A stretch of DNA of 64,000 nt from an uncultured Pseudomonadales bacterium (GCA_964502225.1 CAZCUC010000003.1:12782-76781), one strand, 5' to 3'; positions 19,581 to 32,247 are shown, counted from the first letter of the stretch. Numbers and translations: made by a program. Notes: generated from the letters alone by a model not told the origin.

Positions 19581-20777
19581 TTAGAACGCACTCGTCAAGT
19601 TGTAAATTGGGACAATGATAGCCACAATCAAAAAACCTACTCCTAGTCCAAGCAGAGCCATGATCACTGGCTCCATTGCAGTCGAGAGATTCTTGATGGC
19701 ATGTTCGGATTCGTTTTCAAAATACCCAGCGACACGGTTCAAAATTTCGTCTAGTTTACCGGTTTGCTCACCCACTGACGTCATCTGCGACACAATCATC
19801 GGGAAGACCGGGTGTTTAGCCAGCGATGTAGCTAAGGGGTTACCTTTCTCGACATCTTTTGCGACCTCCTCTAGTGCTCTTCGCATCACTTCACTATCTG
19901 CCACCTCTTTTACGATCCTCAGCGACTCAACGAGTGATACACCAGCCGAGGCGAGTAGGGCTAGGGTACGGTTGAACTCGGCCATCAGTACCATCGACTT
20001 GATTTTGCCAAAGATCGGTAGCTTTAGGACAATCACGTCATACTGGTAAGCGCCAATTTTGGTATTTTTCCACTGTTTAAAGGCGTAGCTACCACCCATA
20101 ATCGCCAGTCCCATCACATACCAGAACTTGACCATAAAATCCGAAATCGAGATTAGCAGTTGCGTGACAAACGGCAGTTTGATATCAAAGTCTTTATACA
20201 TCACGGTCAGCTTGGGCAGTACAAATATCATCATCACGGTCGAGACCAAGAGCATGCCCACAAGCACAATGATCGGGTAGATCATGGCCCCCTTTGTTTT
20301 CTCGCGAAACTCCCGCTGTTTTTCCAGTGTATCGGCTAGGCGCATGAGGATCGTATCTAGCACACCCGCCGACTCTCCCGCTTTAACGAGTGCGATATAA
20401 ACCCGCGAAAAAGTCTCTGGGTGGTGCAAAAGAGAATCAGCAAAAGTTGATCCACCCTCGATCGATCGCAGTACATCTGCCACTTTGGTCTGCAAGGCCG
20501 GTGGTACTTGCATCTGGAGGATCGAGAGTGCATCGGTCAGGGGCAGTCCCGCCCCGATCATGGTCGACAACTGCCGGGTAAAGTTCACCACATCGTCAAA
20601 CTTTACTTTTTGCCCAAAAGAAAATAGCGACTTGCCTGCTCCCAGTTCGTTGAGCTCAATGATAATCAGTTTTTGGTCACGCAAAACCGTAACGGCCGCA
20701 TCCTGATTCTGGGCTTCGACAATCCCTTTTCTCAGTTCTCCCTGCTCACTGCGAGCTTTAAATCTAAATCTTTGCAT
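19581..20777 (-). CDS. pilC: type IV pilus platform protein PilC (GspF family)
   Basis: Two GspF-like repeats with three TM segments; 398 aa. Confidence 0.8.
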   Translation of the reverse strand: MQRFRFKARSEQGELRKGIVEAQNQDAAVTVLRDQKLIIIELNELGAGKSLFSFGQKVKFDDVVNFTRQLSTMIGAGLPLTDALSILQMQVPPALQTKVADVLRSIEGGSTFADSLLHHPETFSRVYIALVKAGESAGVLDTILMRLADTLEKQREFREKTKGAMIYPIIVLVGMLLVSTVMMIFVLPKLTVMYKDFDIKLPFVTQLLISISDFMVKFWYVMGLAIMGGSYAFKQWKNTKIGAYQYDVIVLKLPIFGKIKSMVLMAEFNRTLALLASAGVSLVESLRIVKEVADSEVMRRALEEVAKDVEKGNPLATSLAKHPVFPMIVSQMTSVGEQTGKLDEILNRVAGYFENESEHAIKNLSTAMEPVIMALLGLGVGFLIVAIIVPIYNLTSAF

Positions 20778-20780
20778 ATA

Positions 20781-21842
20781 CTATTTTACCGCTCCCACTA
20801 ACCTGTTTAGCTCATCCACATTCAAAGCATAATCGCGCGCCGTAGTCAGACTGATTTTGCCCTCTCTATAAGCCTCAACCAGCGACATGTCGAGAGTTTT
20901 CATCCCTACATCAGTCGAGGTTTGCATCACGTTGGACAACATATGACTCTTGCCATCACGTATCAACGATCTCACGGCCGGGTTGGCAATCAAGACTTCA
21001 ACCACCGCAATCCGCTCGCCATCTTCCGAAGCAATTAGGCGCTGGGAGATGACTGCGCCAAGTGATAGGGCCAGCTGACCCCGTATTTGCTGTTGTTCTT
21101 TTTCGGGGAACACATCAACAATCCGGTCGATCGTTTGCGCCGCGGAGTTAGTATGGAGGGTGGCCAGCACGAGGTGCCCAGTCTCGGCAATAGTCAGGGC
21201 CGCCTCGATCGTCTCGTAGTCGCGCATTTCACCCACGAGCACCACATTGGGATCTTCACGCAAAACTGATTTTAGTGCCACGCCCCACGAGTGAGTATCA
21301 GCGTGTAGTTCTCTTTGCGAAATAATACTTTTTACTGGGGAGTGGACATACTCGACGGGATCTTCGATCGTGATGATATGCTCACTGCGACCTTCGTTGA
21401 TTCGTTTGATCATCGCCGCCATCGTGGTCGATTTACCATGACCTGTTGGACCAGTCACAAGTATCAATCCTTGTTTGATCTCGGTCAGTTGGCCGATAAT
21501 CGGGGGCAAGTGTAGCTCCTCTAGAGTTCTAATCTCGGCAGGAATATAGCGTAGAGCCGCGGCCACGTTGCCTTTTTCGTAATAGACATTGACCCGGAAC
21601 CTAGCTCCTCCAGGGAGCGAATGGGAAAAGTCCAGTTCTCTATCTACCTTGAGCAACTCCCGCTGTTGTTCGCTCAGGATCGAGTTGACGAGCTCCTCAC
21701 TCACAGCTGGTGTCACCACACTCGACTCAGGTACGGTAAGCAGTTTGCCGTGCAACCTAAGCATCGGGGGTACCCCGACCAAGATATGCACATCCGAAGC
21801 TTTGTACTGGACACACATCTCTAATATTTGTTTCATTTCCAT
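20781..21842 (-). CDS. pilT: twitching-motility / retraction ATPase PilT
   Basis: Walker A GPTGHGKSTT; PilT-size (353 aa) secretion ATPase lacking the long N-terminal domain. Confidence 0.8.
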   Translation of the reverse strand: MEMKQILEMCVQYKASDVHILVGVPPMLRLHGKLLTVPESSVVTPAVSEELVNSILSEQQRELLKVDRELDFSHSLPGGARFRVNVYYEKGNVAAALRYIPAEIRTLEELHLPPIIGQLTEIKQGLILVTGPTGHGKSTTMAAMIKRINEGRSEHIITIEDPVEYVHSPVKSIISQRELHADTHSWGVALKSVLREDPNVVLVGEMRDYETIEAALTIAETGHLVLATLHTNSAAQTIDRIVDVFPEKEQQQIRGQLALSLGAVISQRLIASEDGERIAVVEVLIANPAVRSLIRDGKSHMLSNVMQTSTDVGMKTLDMSLVEAYREGKISLTTARDYALNVDELNRLVGAVK

Positions 21843-21852
21843 ATTTACTCCT

Positions 21853-23568
21853 TTATGTCTTAGCTACGCGCATAACTTCTTCTACAGAAGTCACGCCTTC
21901 TAGTACTTTGAGATATCCATCTTGTTCCATGAGCACCATCCCGTCGCTAACCGCGGCTTGTTCTATTTGCAGTGCAGGGGATCTCTCTAGAATCAGTTTA
22001 CCAATTTTCTCGGTCACTTTCAGAACTTCAAAAATAGCTATTCGTCCCTTGTATCCCGTGTCGCCACACTTTTCGCATTTTCTCCCTCGCGTCAGCATGA
22101 TCGGTTTACCACCTTGCTGAGAGACATAAGCGTCATACAAAGGGCCCAGTACTTTCTTGATTTCATCTAGGACTGGTCCTGGGGGGGCATATTTTTCGCT
22201 ACAGTTATCACAAATTTTGCGCAACACCCGTTGGGCCACCACACATGTCATCGACGAAGCCAGCAAAAACGGCTCGGCTTGCATATCTAGTAGACGGGGT
22301 AGGGCACCTGAGCTCGAGTTGGTATGCAAAGTCGAAAACACCAAATGCCCCGTGAGCGATGCTTGGATGGCTAGGTCAGCAGTCTCATTATCGCGGATCT
22401 CTCCCACCATAATAATGTTGGGATCTTGGCGCAAAAATGACCTGAGTCCGGTTGCAAAAGAGAGTCCCGCTTTGACGTTGATTTGTACTTGGTTCACCCC
22501 GTCGATTTGGTACTCAACTGGATCTTCGAGGGTCACAATATTGACTCGCGCGGTGTTTAACATGTGCAAAACTGAGTACAGAGTTGTGGTTTTACCAGAT
22601 CCCGTGGGACCGGTAATTAGGACGATGCCGTGTGGCACCTTGATCGATTCTTCCACTATTTTGAGCGCCATCCCTCGCAAACCCAGCTCGCCCAGACTCG
22701 GCACGTTGGTTGTTTTACGCAACAACCGCATCACGATTTTTTCTCCATCTACCGTGGGGAGGGACGAAACACGCAAATCCACTTCTTGGTCCTCCGCCCG
22801 GAAACTGAACCGTCCATCTTGTGGCAGGCGGCGTTCATCGATTTTTAGTTCCGCCAAGATTTTGATACGCGAGACCACTGCTTCATGGACTTTGCGTGGC
22901 AGGACTAGTTTTTCTTGCAAAATGCCGTCAATACGATACCTCACTCGGGTGTGAGTCTCGAGGGGTTCGATATGGACATCTGAGGCTCTCGCCTTGACTG
23001 CAAACTCGAGGATCGTGGCCACGATTTTGGCGATTGGCGCTTCGCGGATCACATCTCCGATTTTTTCGATGTCATATACTTTGGAGCTAGCTTCATAATC
23101 CACCGATTCCTTTAGCACTTGGCTCACTTCAGCCGACAATCCCTGGGAGTAGCGCCTTGGGATCTCCTCGTTTAGCTCCTGTGCGATCGCCATGAAAGGT
23201 TTGACTTTGGTACCTGATTTTGCCTCCAAAAACGCGATCGATTGCAGGTCGAGTGGGTTGGCCATCGCCACCGACAACATTTTCGTTTTTGTCTCAAATT
23301 CAAAGGGGAGTGCCTGGTAGTGTTCGGCCACCGATTCAGGCAGTTTGGCGAGGGCTTCGGGGGCTGAGGCTAGCTCAGTCAAGCTCACAAAGGGTACATT
23401 GTAGAGTTTGGCTTTGGCTTTTATCAGCGAGACGTTATCCACTACTCCCGATTTCTCAACCAACTCATCCAGGGACTTCCCGGTCGCGTAACTTTCCTGT
23501 TCCAGGCGCGAAAAATCGGGGTCCGACAAAAGACCATCCTTTTTGAGGATGAGGGCAAGATCCTGCAT
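21853..23568 (-). CDS. pilB: type IV pilus assembly ATPase PilB (GspE family)
   Basis: N-terminal GSPII domain, Walker A GPTGSGKTTT, tetracysteine zinc motif CDNCSEKY...CEKCGDTGY. Confidence 0.85.
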   Translation of the reverse strand: MQDLALILKKDGLLSDPDFSRLEQESYATGKSLDELVEKSGVVDNVSLIKAKAKLYNVPFVSLTELASAPEALAKLPESVAEHYQALPFEFETKTKMLSVAMANPLDLQSIAFLEAKSGTKVKPFMAIAQELNEEIPRRYSQGLSAEVSQVLKESVDYEASSKVYDIEKIGDVIREAPIAKIVATILEFAVKARASDVHIEPLETHTRVRYRIDGILQEKLVLPRKVHEAVVSRIKILAELKIDERRLPQDGRFSFRAEDQEVDLRVSSLPTVDGEKIVMRLLRKTTNVPSLGELGLRGMALKIVEESIKVPHGIVLITGPTGSGKTTTLYSVLHMLNTARVNIVTLEDPVEYQIDGVNQVQINVKAGLSFATGLRSFLRQDPNIIMVGEIRDNETADLAIQASLTGHLVFSTLHTNSSSGALPRLLDMQAEPFLLASSMTCVVAQRVLRKICDNCSEKYAPPGPVLDEIKKVLGPLYDAYVSQQGGKPIMLTRGRKCEKCGDTGYKGRIAIFEVLKVTEKIGKLILERSPALQIEQAAVSDGMVLMEQDGYLKVLEGVTSVEEVMRVAKT

Positions 23569-23594
23569 GTCTCCATATTACATTAAATCTCAGT

Positions 23595-24707
23595 TCATTT
23601 GTATACTTGAGCTTTCCTCGCCAAGACATATCCAACCACTCCCAAAATTAGCGTGCCATATGTCACATGTGAGAGTGCAACCCCATGCCAAAACTGCCAG
23701 TCCGCCAGGTTTTTGATATTCAGCGCAACCAACACGTACGATATTGCCAAAGCAACCCCCATCCATCCCTTCGTTTCTCTTTGCTCACTCCACACTGCAT
23801 ATGCTCCAAGGTAGGGTATCAGGAGCCAGACAAAATAGTGTTGCCATGCCAATCCAGACCCGAGGATCATCGCCGTCACGAGCATACCAAACGCTAGCAA
23901 CTCTAGTTTAGGTTCTCGCCGATCTCGTGGCGTCACAATGTAGCCCATCCCTACCATGATTGCCAAACTCAGATAATTGATTATCCCTGCAATATTATCT
24001 CTTACACCAAGTCTTGCCAGCAAACCAGTTAGAGCCTGATTATAATAAACCTCATTCCCAAGCGTCGAAATGGATGGTATCACCTCGAAGACAAACTCCT
24101 TGACTAGAGCATAGCCCCAAATCTCTCCAGCCATTACCCATCCAGCTAGGTAGGTCGCCAGTGCAACTACGATGGTTTTGTATTTACGCTTCTTTAGATA
24201 AAACAACAACAAAACCAAGGGGGTTATTTTGATCCAAGCCGCAATTGCCAGCAAAATTCCGGCCCAACCATCACTCTTTCTCAGGTATGCATACAAACTC
24301 CCGACTAAACATGCAAGAATTACAAAATTGATCTGTCCCATCCCAAGCGTAAACTTGTAAGGGAACGACAACACAATTAGCGCTACGATCCAACTCCATT
24401 CACGTTTAGTGACTTGTGGCAATATCTTCACCATCATCCACAAGGATCCAGCCATGGCCAAAAGTGATAACACAGTCCATAGCTTCTCAGCTACTATATA
24501 CGGCATCCAAGCAATCGGCGCCAAAATAACCATGGCCGACATCGGATACTTCATGGCTATACTTGGATCTTGGTACATGCTAATACCATGCTGGAGATCC
24601 CACACAGCCTGGTAGTAAATCGCAAAATCAAATAAATGAAAAGTCCAGACAATTCTAACTACGGTAAAGATCGCAAACGCCCATATCATCCATAAAATTA
24701 GCTTCAT
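23595..24707 (-). CDS. polytopic membrane protein, GT-C / DUF2029 (GT87)-like glycosyltransferase candidate
   Basis: About 10 TM helices; N-terminal HLFDFAIYYQAVWDLQHGISMY resembles the DUF2029 DF..YY..A signature; immediately downstream of pilB on the same strand. Confidence 0.4.
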   Translation of the reverse strand: MKLILWMIWAFAIFTVVRIVWTFHLFDFAIYYQAVWDLQHGISMYQDPSIAMKYPMSAMVILAPIAWMPYIVAEKLWTVLSLLAMAGSLWMMVKILPQVTKREWSWIVALIVLSFPYKFTLGMGQINFVILACLVGSLYAYLRKSDGWAGILLAIAAWIKITPLVLLLFYLKKRKYKTIVVALATYLAGWVMAGEIWGYALVKEFVFEVIPSISTLGNEVYYNQALTGLLARLGVRDNIAGIINYLSLAIMVGMGYIVTPRDRREPKLELLAFGMLVTAMILGSGLAWQHYFVWLLIPYLGAYAVWSEQRETKGWMGVALAISYVLVALNIKNLADWQFWHGVALSHVTYGTLILGVVGYVLARKAQVYK

Positions 24708-24735
24708 TGCTTAATTTTAGCTTATACTACTTGAT

Positions 24736-25386
24736 ATGCATGCATTTATTGTGATCGGTGGCACAAAAGATACCCGGACCAGCTACATTCAGGATTTGCT
24801 CACTACCCCCACCGAGCTCATCCATCTCTACGCCGAAAAATCCTCGCTTACCATCAAACAAGTACAAGATCTAAACACTCCCCTCAGCATCTCCGCTAGA
24901 CTACCACGTCTAGTCTGGATCGAAGAAGCCAACTTGCTCACCATCCCTGCGCAAAATGCGCTCCTCAAAATGCTCGAAGAACCTCCCGCGTCCACCAATT
25001 TTTACTTAACCCTAGACTCTGCCACCTCGCTCCTCCCGACTATTCGCTCCCGCTGTACCCTAATCAATTTGCCAAATACGCCCAATTTGCCCAATTTGGC
25101 CAATTTGTCTGAATTAAAGCAAATCATGGCTCTCTCTCCAGGGGATCGTCTCACAGCTATTACCAAAAGAGATCGATCAGAAACTATCGCTTGGCTTACC
25201 CAAATCGAGTCGGCTTTAAAAGACAAGTTGTCTCTCACCACCATCACTCCCTCTAGCGCCAAAACACTAGCCAAAATCGCGCGCCTCGCCCTCCAAGCCC
25301 ACCGGGAACTGCTCGCCAATTGCAGTGTCGGCCTAGTCACCCAAAACTTCTATCTCTTACTACCTCACACCAGATCGACCAAGTAG
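24736..25386 (+). CDS. holB: DNA polymerase III delta-prime subunit-like (short form)
   Basis: AQNALLKMLEEPP clamp-loader box; no intact P-loop, as is typical for delta-prime. Confidence 0.6.
   Translation: MHAFIVIGGTKDTRTSYIQDLLTTPTELIHLYAEKSSLTIKQVQDLNTPLSISARLPRLVWIEEANLLTIPAQNALLKMLEEPPASTNFYLTLDSATSLLPTIRSRCTLINLPNTPNLPNLANLSELKQIMALSPGDRLTAITKRDRSETIAWLTQIESALKDKLSLTTITPSSAKTLAKIARLALQAHRELLANCSVGLVTQNFYLLLPHTRSTK
25069..25113 (+). repeat. tandem 9-bp repeat, 5 units (TTGCCAAAT ACGCCCAAT TTGCCCAAT TTGGCCAAT TTGTCTGAA), in frame within holB
   Basis: Seen directly; encodes LPN-TPN-LPN-LAN-LSE. Confidence 0.8.
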
Positions 25387-25397
25387 ACGGCTCATAA

Positions 25398-27431
<2,034 letters not shown>

Positions 27432-27502
27432 AAAATGTAAAATAACAAGAGTGGTCCTGAGCTTGCCGAAGGACGACACTCATTAATATAAAGGAGGAAT
27501 AT

Positions 27503-28003
27503 ATGTCTGACCAAAATATGCAAATCAAAGTCTATATCGAGATCCCAGAAGGGAGCAAGGTCAAATACGAACGTGACGAAGAAACGGGCATGCTCATGTG
27601 TGACCGCATCCTTCACACCCCCATGAACTTCCCTGGTAACTACGGCTTTGTTCTAGATTCTATGGGCGAAGATGGCGACCCCACCGATGTCTTACTCCTC
27701 ACCTCCGAAGCTATCATTCCTGGCGTTGGCATCAAAGCCAAATTGATCGGCATGCTCGAGATGACGGACGAAGAAGGGGTAGACACCAAACTCATCGCTG
27801 TCCCAGTCCAAAAAGTCGATCCTTTGTTTGGCACCTGGAACGATGTCTCAGATATCCCAGAGCACACCAAAAACAAAATCAAGCACTTCTTTGACCACTA
27901 CAAAGATTTAGAGCCAGGCAAATTTGTCAAAACCGGTGCCTTCCTTGGTGCCGCTGAGGCCGCCAAAGTATTAGAAGCCGATATGAAAAGAGGACAGAAA
28001 TAA
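27503..28003 (+). CDS. ppa: inorganic pyrophosphatase (family I)
   Basis: 166 aa; YIEIPEGSKVKYE...NYGFV family I PPase pattern. Confidence 0.85.
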   Translation: MSDQNMQIKVYIEIPEGSKVKYERDEETGMLMCDRILHTPMNFPGNYGFVLDSMGEDGDPTDVLLLTSEAIIPGVGIKAKLIGMLEMTDEEGVDTKLIAVPVQKVDPLFGTWNDVSDIPEHTKNKIKHFFDHYKDLEPGKFVKTGAFLGAAEAAKVLEADMKRGQK

Positions 28004-30784
28004 ATGGCCGATGAATCGATCTTGAAACCATTGGACTTGACCGACGAGACTGCGGAGCTGTCGTCGGTCCTCGACGAACCCGGCGATTCTGCTCCCACAA
28101 TTGAGCCAAATGAGCCTAATTCGGCAAATTTGGCTAATTCTTCCGACGTGGTTTCATCCGATCGCACCTCATTCCTCACTGTCGGTGCCCAAAAGCCTTG
28201 GGACATCGAGGAAACCAAGTTTGGCAAGATCGCGACCGTTGGTGTGGTAGACGAGATGAAAAAGTCCTACCTCGACTACGCCATGTCAGTCATCGTCTCT
28301 CGTGCCCTGCCAGACGCCCGCGATGGGCTCAAGCCCGTCCACCGTCGTATCCTCTTTGGCATGAAAGAACTCGCTCTCTTGCCACCTGCCAAATACAAGA
28401 AATGTGCTCGTATCGTTGGAGAAGTATTGGGTAAGTACCACCCCCACGGTGACACTGCCGTTTACGACGCTTTAGCTCGTCTAGCCCAAGATTTCTCTAT
28501 GCGTTACATGCTCGTGGATGGCCAGGGCAACTTCGGTTCTGTTGACGGTGACTCACCTGCCGCCATGCGTTACACCGAAGCTAGACTTGCCAAAATCACC
28601 GGAGAAATCCTCGCTGATTTAGACAAAGATACTGTGGACTGGATCGACAACTTTGACGGCACTTTCCAGGAGCCAACTGTCATGCCAGCCAAGCTCCCCA
28701 ATCTCTTGCTCATGGGCTCTGATGGTATTGCGGTCGGTATGGCCACCAAGATCCCCACCCACAACATTGGCGAGATCATCGACGCCGTCATCACTCTCAT
28801 CAAAAAAGGTGACTCACCCCGTGAAACCGAAATCAAAGACGACATCGGCATCGAATCTCGCCCCTACAAAGAACTAACCGGCGACTTCACCTCAGAAGCT
28901 ACTGTGGATGATTTGTTGGAAAGTGTCCAAGGACCCGATTTCCCCACTGGCGGTGTGATCTACGACGCCGAAGCTATCCGTGAGGTTTATGCTACCGGTA
29001 AGGGTAGGGTAGTAACAAGGGCAGTCGCCGAGATCGAAGAAACCAAATCCGGCAAATTCCAGATTGTGGTCACCGAAATCCCGTACCAGGTCAACAAAGC
29101 CAAATTGATCCAGCGCATCGCCGATCTTGTCCGCGACAAAAAACTCGATGGCATCTCCGACCTACGTGATGAGTCCGACCGCGAGGGTATGCGGATCGTG
29201 ATCGAACTAAAGAAAGCTTCTAAACCCAAATCAGTTTTAAATAATCTCTACAAACACACGGAACTGCAAAATAGCTTCCCCGCCAACATGGTCGCGCTCG
29301 ACGAGCAGGGCACGCCTCACCTCATGAACTTAAAAACCATCCTCGGTCACTACGTCAAACATCGCCAGACCGTGATCGTCCGCCGCTCACAATTCGAGCT
29401 CAAGGAAAATCGGGCGCGTATCCACATTTTAGAAGGCTATATTAAAGCGTTAGATCACCTGGACGAAGTCATCAAAACTATCCGTGCCAGCAAGGATACC
29501 GAAGAAGCCAAGGCCCAGCTCATCAAAAAGTTCGGCTTTAGCGAGATCCAAGCCGTCGCCATTCTCGACATGCAACTGCGCCGTCTCTCCGCGCTCGAAC
29601 GTAAAAAAATCGAAGACGAATACAACGCTCTCATGGTCCGTATCAACGAGCTTTTGGCACTACTCAAAGATCCCAAAGCGATCCTCTCCACGATCACCAA
29701 AGAACTCAATGAGCTCAAAGAGATCTACGGTGACCCTCGCAAAACCAAAGTCATCAAAGGTAAGCTCGGCGAGTTTAGTGAAGAAGATCTAGTCGCCGCC
29801 GAAGACAATTTGGTCGCAATTACGAGGGACGGCTATGTCAAACGCATGCCTCTCTCTACCTACCGCACTCAGCGCCGTGGAGGTAAGGGAGTCGTAGGTA
29901 TGACCACCAAAGATACCGACGAGATCCTCCACATGACGGTCGCCAATACCCACGATTTTGCGCTCTTCTTCACCAATACGGGCAAGGTCTACAGTATGCG
30001 AGTATTTGAACTCCCAGAGGGTAGTCGTACCGCCAAAGGGCAGGCCATCATCAATCTCCTCAATATCGAACAAGGCGAAATGGTTCAAGCTGTCTTGGCC
30101 GTCAACAAAGACTTACTCAAAGACAAAGGTCACTTTATCACCATGGCCACCTCAAATGGCATGATCAAAAAAACTCCGCTCTCTGAGTATGAAAGTATTA
30201 GGCAGAGCGGCAAGATCGGCATCTCTCTGCGCGATAATGACCAGCTCATCAAAGTCGAGATCAGCCACGGCCAAAACTACATTATCTTGGTTACCAAAGG
30301 CGGCAAATCCATCAAGTTCAAAGAAACCGACGTGACTGCAACCGGTCGCGACACCATGGGCGTAAAGGGTATGACTTTGAAAGCCGGCGACGCTGTAATT
30401 GCCATGGAAACCGTCGAGATTACCCCACCCAAGCCAGATGACAAAAGACGCAAGTTCTTCCGCGAGATCTTGGCTGTCACCGAGCACGGACTAGGAAAAC
30501 GTACCGACGTAGGCGAGTATCCCGAACAAAAGCGGGGAGGCCAGGGTGTCAAAGTCGCCGAGCTCTCTGAGCGCACGGGTGATATCGCCGCTGTTCGCAT
30601 GGTCACAGAAGACGATGAACAAGTCGTGATCACCACCAAGCAAGCCCAGGTCATTAAACTGCCACTCAAAAACATCAAAGTCCTCGGCCGCTCCACCCAG
30701 GGTGTCATCCTCATGCGCCCCGCCTCTGGCGACGTCGTCACTTCCGTGACCACCCTCCAGGACGCCGAGGAAGAGGAAGTATAA
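28004..30784 (+). CDS. gyrA: DNA gyrase subunit A with about 65 aa low-complexity N-terminal extension
   Basis: ATG directly abuts the ppa stop (TAAATG). The conserved core starts near [40 protein letters not shown]-terminal beta-pinwheel repeats and an acidic tail. Confidence 0.9.
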   Translation: MADESILKPLDLTDETAELSSVLDEPGDSAPTIEPNEPNSANLANSSDVVSSDRTSFLTVGAQKPWDIEETKFGKIATVGVVDEMKKSYLDYAMSVIVSRALPDARDGLKPVHRRILFGMKELALLPPAKYKKCARIVGEVLGKYHPHGDTAVYDALARLAQDFSMRYMLVDGQGNFGSVDGDSPAAMRYTEARLAKITGEILADLDKDTVDWIDNFDGTFQEPTVMPAKLPNLLLMGSDGIAVGMATKIPTHNIGEIIDAVITLIKKGDSPRETEIKDDIGIESRPYKELTGDFTSEATVDDLLESVQGPDFPTGGVIYDAEAIREVYATGKGRVVTRAVAEIEETKSGKFQIVVTEIPYQVNKAKLIQRIADLVRDKKLDGISDLRDESDREGMRIVIELKKASKPKSVLNNLYKHTELQNSFPANMVALDEQGTPHLMNLKTILGHYVKHRQTVIVRRSQFELKENRARIHILEGYIKALDHLDEVIKTIRASKDTEEAKAQLIKKFGFSEIQAVAILDMQLRRLSALERKKIEDEYNALMVRINELLALLKDPKAILSTITKELNELKEIYGDPRKTKVIKGKLGEFSEEDLVAAEDNLVAITRDGYVKRMPLSTYRTQRRGGKGVVGMTTKDTDEILHMTVANTHDFALFFTNTGKVYSMRVFELPEGSRTAKGQAIINLLNIEQGEMVQAVLAVNKDLLKDKGHFITMATSNGMIKKTPLSEYESIRQSGKIGISLRDNDQLIKVEISHGQNYIILVTKGGKSIKFKETDVTATGRDTMGVKGMTLKAGDAVIAMETVEITPPKPDDKRRKFFREILAVTEHGLGKRTDVGEYPEQKRGGQGVKVAELSERTGDIAAVRMVTEDDEQVVITTKQAQVIKLPLKNIKVLGRSTQGVILMRPASGDVVTSVTTLQDAEEEEV
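28103..28138 (+). repeat. tandem 9-bp repeat, 4 units (GAGCCAAAT GAGCCTAAT TCGGCAAAT TTGGCTAAT), in frame in the gyrA N-terminal extension
   Basis: Seen directly; encodes [12 protein letters not shown]. Matches the 25439-25474 copy at 28 of 31 nt. Confidence 0.8.
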
Positions 30785-31221
30785 TGAAACAAGCAATTGT
30801 AGCTTGCGCCATTATTCATCAAAAAATTGGTAATGAAATTAAAATTCTTTTAACTAAGAGAACACTGACTGCTAACTTTCTACCTGGTATTTATGAAATT
30901 CCCGGCGGACATATTGAATACGGAGAAGAGTTAGTCGCTGGGCTAGAAAGAGAACTACAGGAAGAATTAAATCTCTCGGTAAAAGTGGGTGAATTATTCA
31001 CTGCTTTTACTTATCTACACAACGATACCCATACTGTCGAACTAGCATATTTCGCAAGTCCAACATCAGACATCAAACATATTAAAGTTAAGGAAGATGA
31101 GATATCCGAAAGTCGCTGGATCAATGAAAGTGAAATTGAAACAATAGTATCAGCAAACAAAAAACCAGACGATCCAGAAATTAGTATTCTAAAAAATGCA
31201 TTTAAGAAACTATCATTATGA
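30784..31221 (+). CDS. NUDIX hydrolase
   Basis: Nudix box GGHIEYGEELVAGLERELQEELNL. The gene is markedly AT-rich compared with its neighbours. Confidence 0.8.
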   Translation: MKQAIVACAIIHQKIGNEIKILLTKRTLTANFLPGIYEIPGGHIEYGEELVAGLERELQEELNLSVKVGELFTAFTYLHNDTHTVELAYFASPTSDIKHIKVKEDEISESRWINESEIETIVSANKKPDDPEISILKNAFKKLSL

Positions 31222-31670
31222 CTACAATTTTTGAATCAACCAATTTTATCGTCGAGCCACATCCAAGACCAGAAGTGGACAGACTTGATGGGGGACATAT
31301 CGTCATCAACCCCAAAGTCAAGATCGAGGATCGCCAGCAGTTAACTCCCGACCAAGCCAAGGAAATGATACGACTTACAATTCTGGTAGGCGAGGCGATG
31401 AAGCGGTACTACAAATCTATCGGGATCGAGCTTCACCGCGTTAATTATCAAGACAATGGCAACTGGCGTCCAGAGCAACATTACCATCTATACGGTCGTG
31501 CCAAAACCGCCAAATATCAAAAAGCTGGCGATCCCATTATTCCCGGCCACAAAGATGAATACCAAAATCTTACGGCCAACGACGTAGCCGGCCTCCAAAG
31601 AGAAATCACTCAGCTCCTCACCGAACCAAATTACTCCGACACTTCCTGGGGATTCTCTCTAACTCAATAG
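31218..31670 (+). CDS. HIT-superfamily-like protein with a variant triad (QHYHLYG)
   Basis: FIVEP...GHIVINPK...RVNYQDNG...QHYHLYGR follows the HIT fold pattern but only two of the three triad histidines are present. Confidence 0.45.
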   Translation: MTTIFESTNFIVEPHPRPEVDRLDGGHIVINPKVKIEDRQQLTPDQAKEMIRLTILVGEAMKRYYKSIGIELHRVNYQDNGNWRPEQHYHLYGRAKTAKYQKAGDPIIPGHKDEYQNLTANDVAGLQREITQLLTEPNYSDTSWGFSLTQ

Positions 31671-31674
31671 GTTC

Positions 31675-31690
31675 AATGGTTCGAACCATT
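31675..31690. repeat. 16-bp perfect palindrome AATGGTTCGAACCATT
   Basis: Seen directly, 4 nt after the HIT-like stop; shares the 14-bp core ATGGTTCGAACCAT with the two 26-bp palindromes downstream. Confidence 0.85.
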
Positions 31691-31822
31691 AGGCCTTTGT
31701 GTATTAATTATTTGAATCATCGATACAAGTTAATATCGTGATTCGAATTATGGTAGTAACTAGTATCTGTAAAGATTTTTTATATCTCCTGACTACCTAG
31801 AATAGGATATAATCCCACAATT

Positions 31823-32218
31823 ATGGAAGTTATTAAAAACGGCCAAGGTTCCCTGGAATTTAGCTATGAAAACGGCTTTATCCACATCCAGAACATTTAT
31901 GTTGGTGGAAAAAGAAGTGTTGGAAATGGTAGAGATCTGTTAGTAAAGTTTATAGAACAAGTGGGTAGGAATCAAAAAATTAGCGGGGAAATTGCACATC
32001 AAGAGACAGTTGCTATGTTGTATTCAATTTATGGCCAGCTAGCCATCGCGCAACCCAATACTTTGATCGCAATCCGAGAAATTGCAACTCTCCCCATTGT
32101 CCAAATTTTTGCTTCTGCTGAAATTGTCATTTCGGCAGTAGCACTAATCTACGTGCCAGAAATACAATCAGAGGATATCCACGAACGGTTTCACCGGCCC
32201 TTTTCAGGTCACACTTAA
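31823..32218 (+). CDS. small GNAT-like acetyltransferase-fold protein
   Basis: VGGKRSVGNGRDLL resembles the GNAT motif A (R-x-x-G-x-G/A). Confidence 0.35.
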   Translation: MEVIKNGQGSLEFSYENGFIHIQNIYVGGKRSVGNGRDLLVKFIEQVGRNQKISGEIAHQETVAMLYSIYGQLAIAQPNTLIAIREIATLPIVQIFASAEIVISAVALIYVPEIQSEDIHERFHRPFSGHT

Positions 32219-32247
32219 AAAGACAATGCTCAAGCTATAATAGCGTT

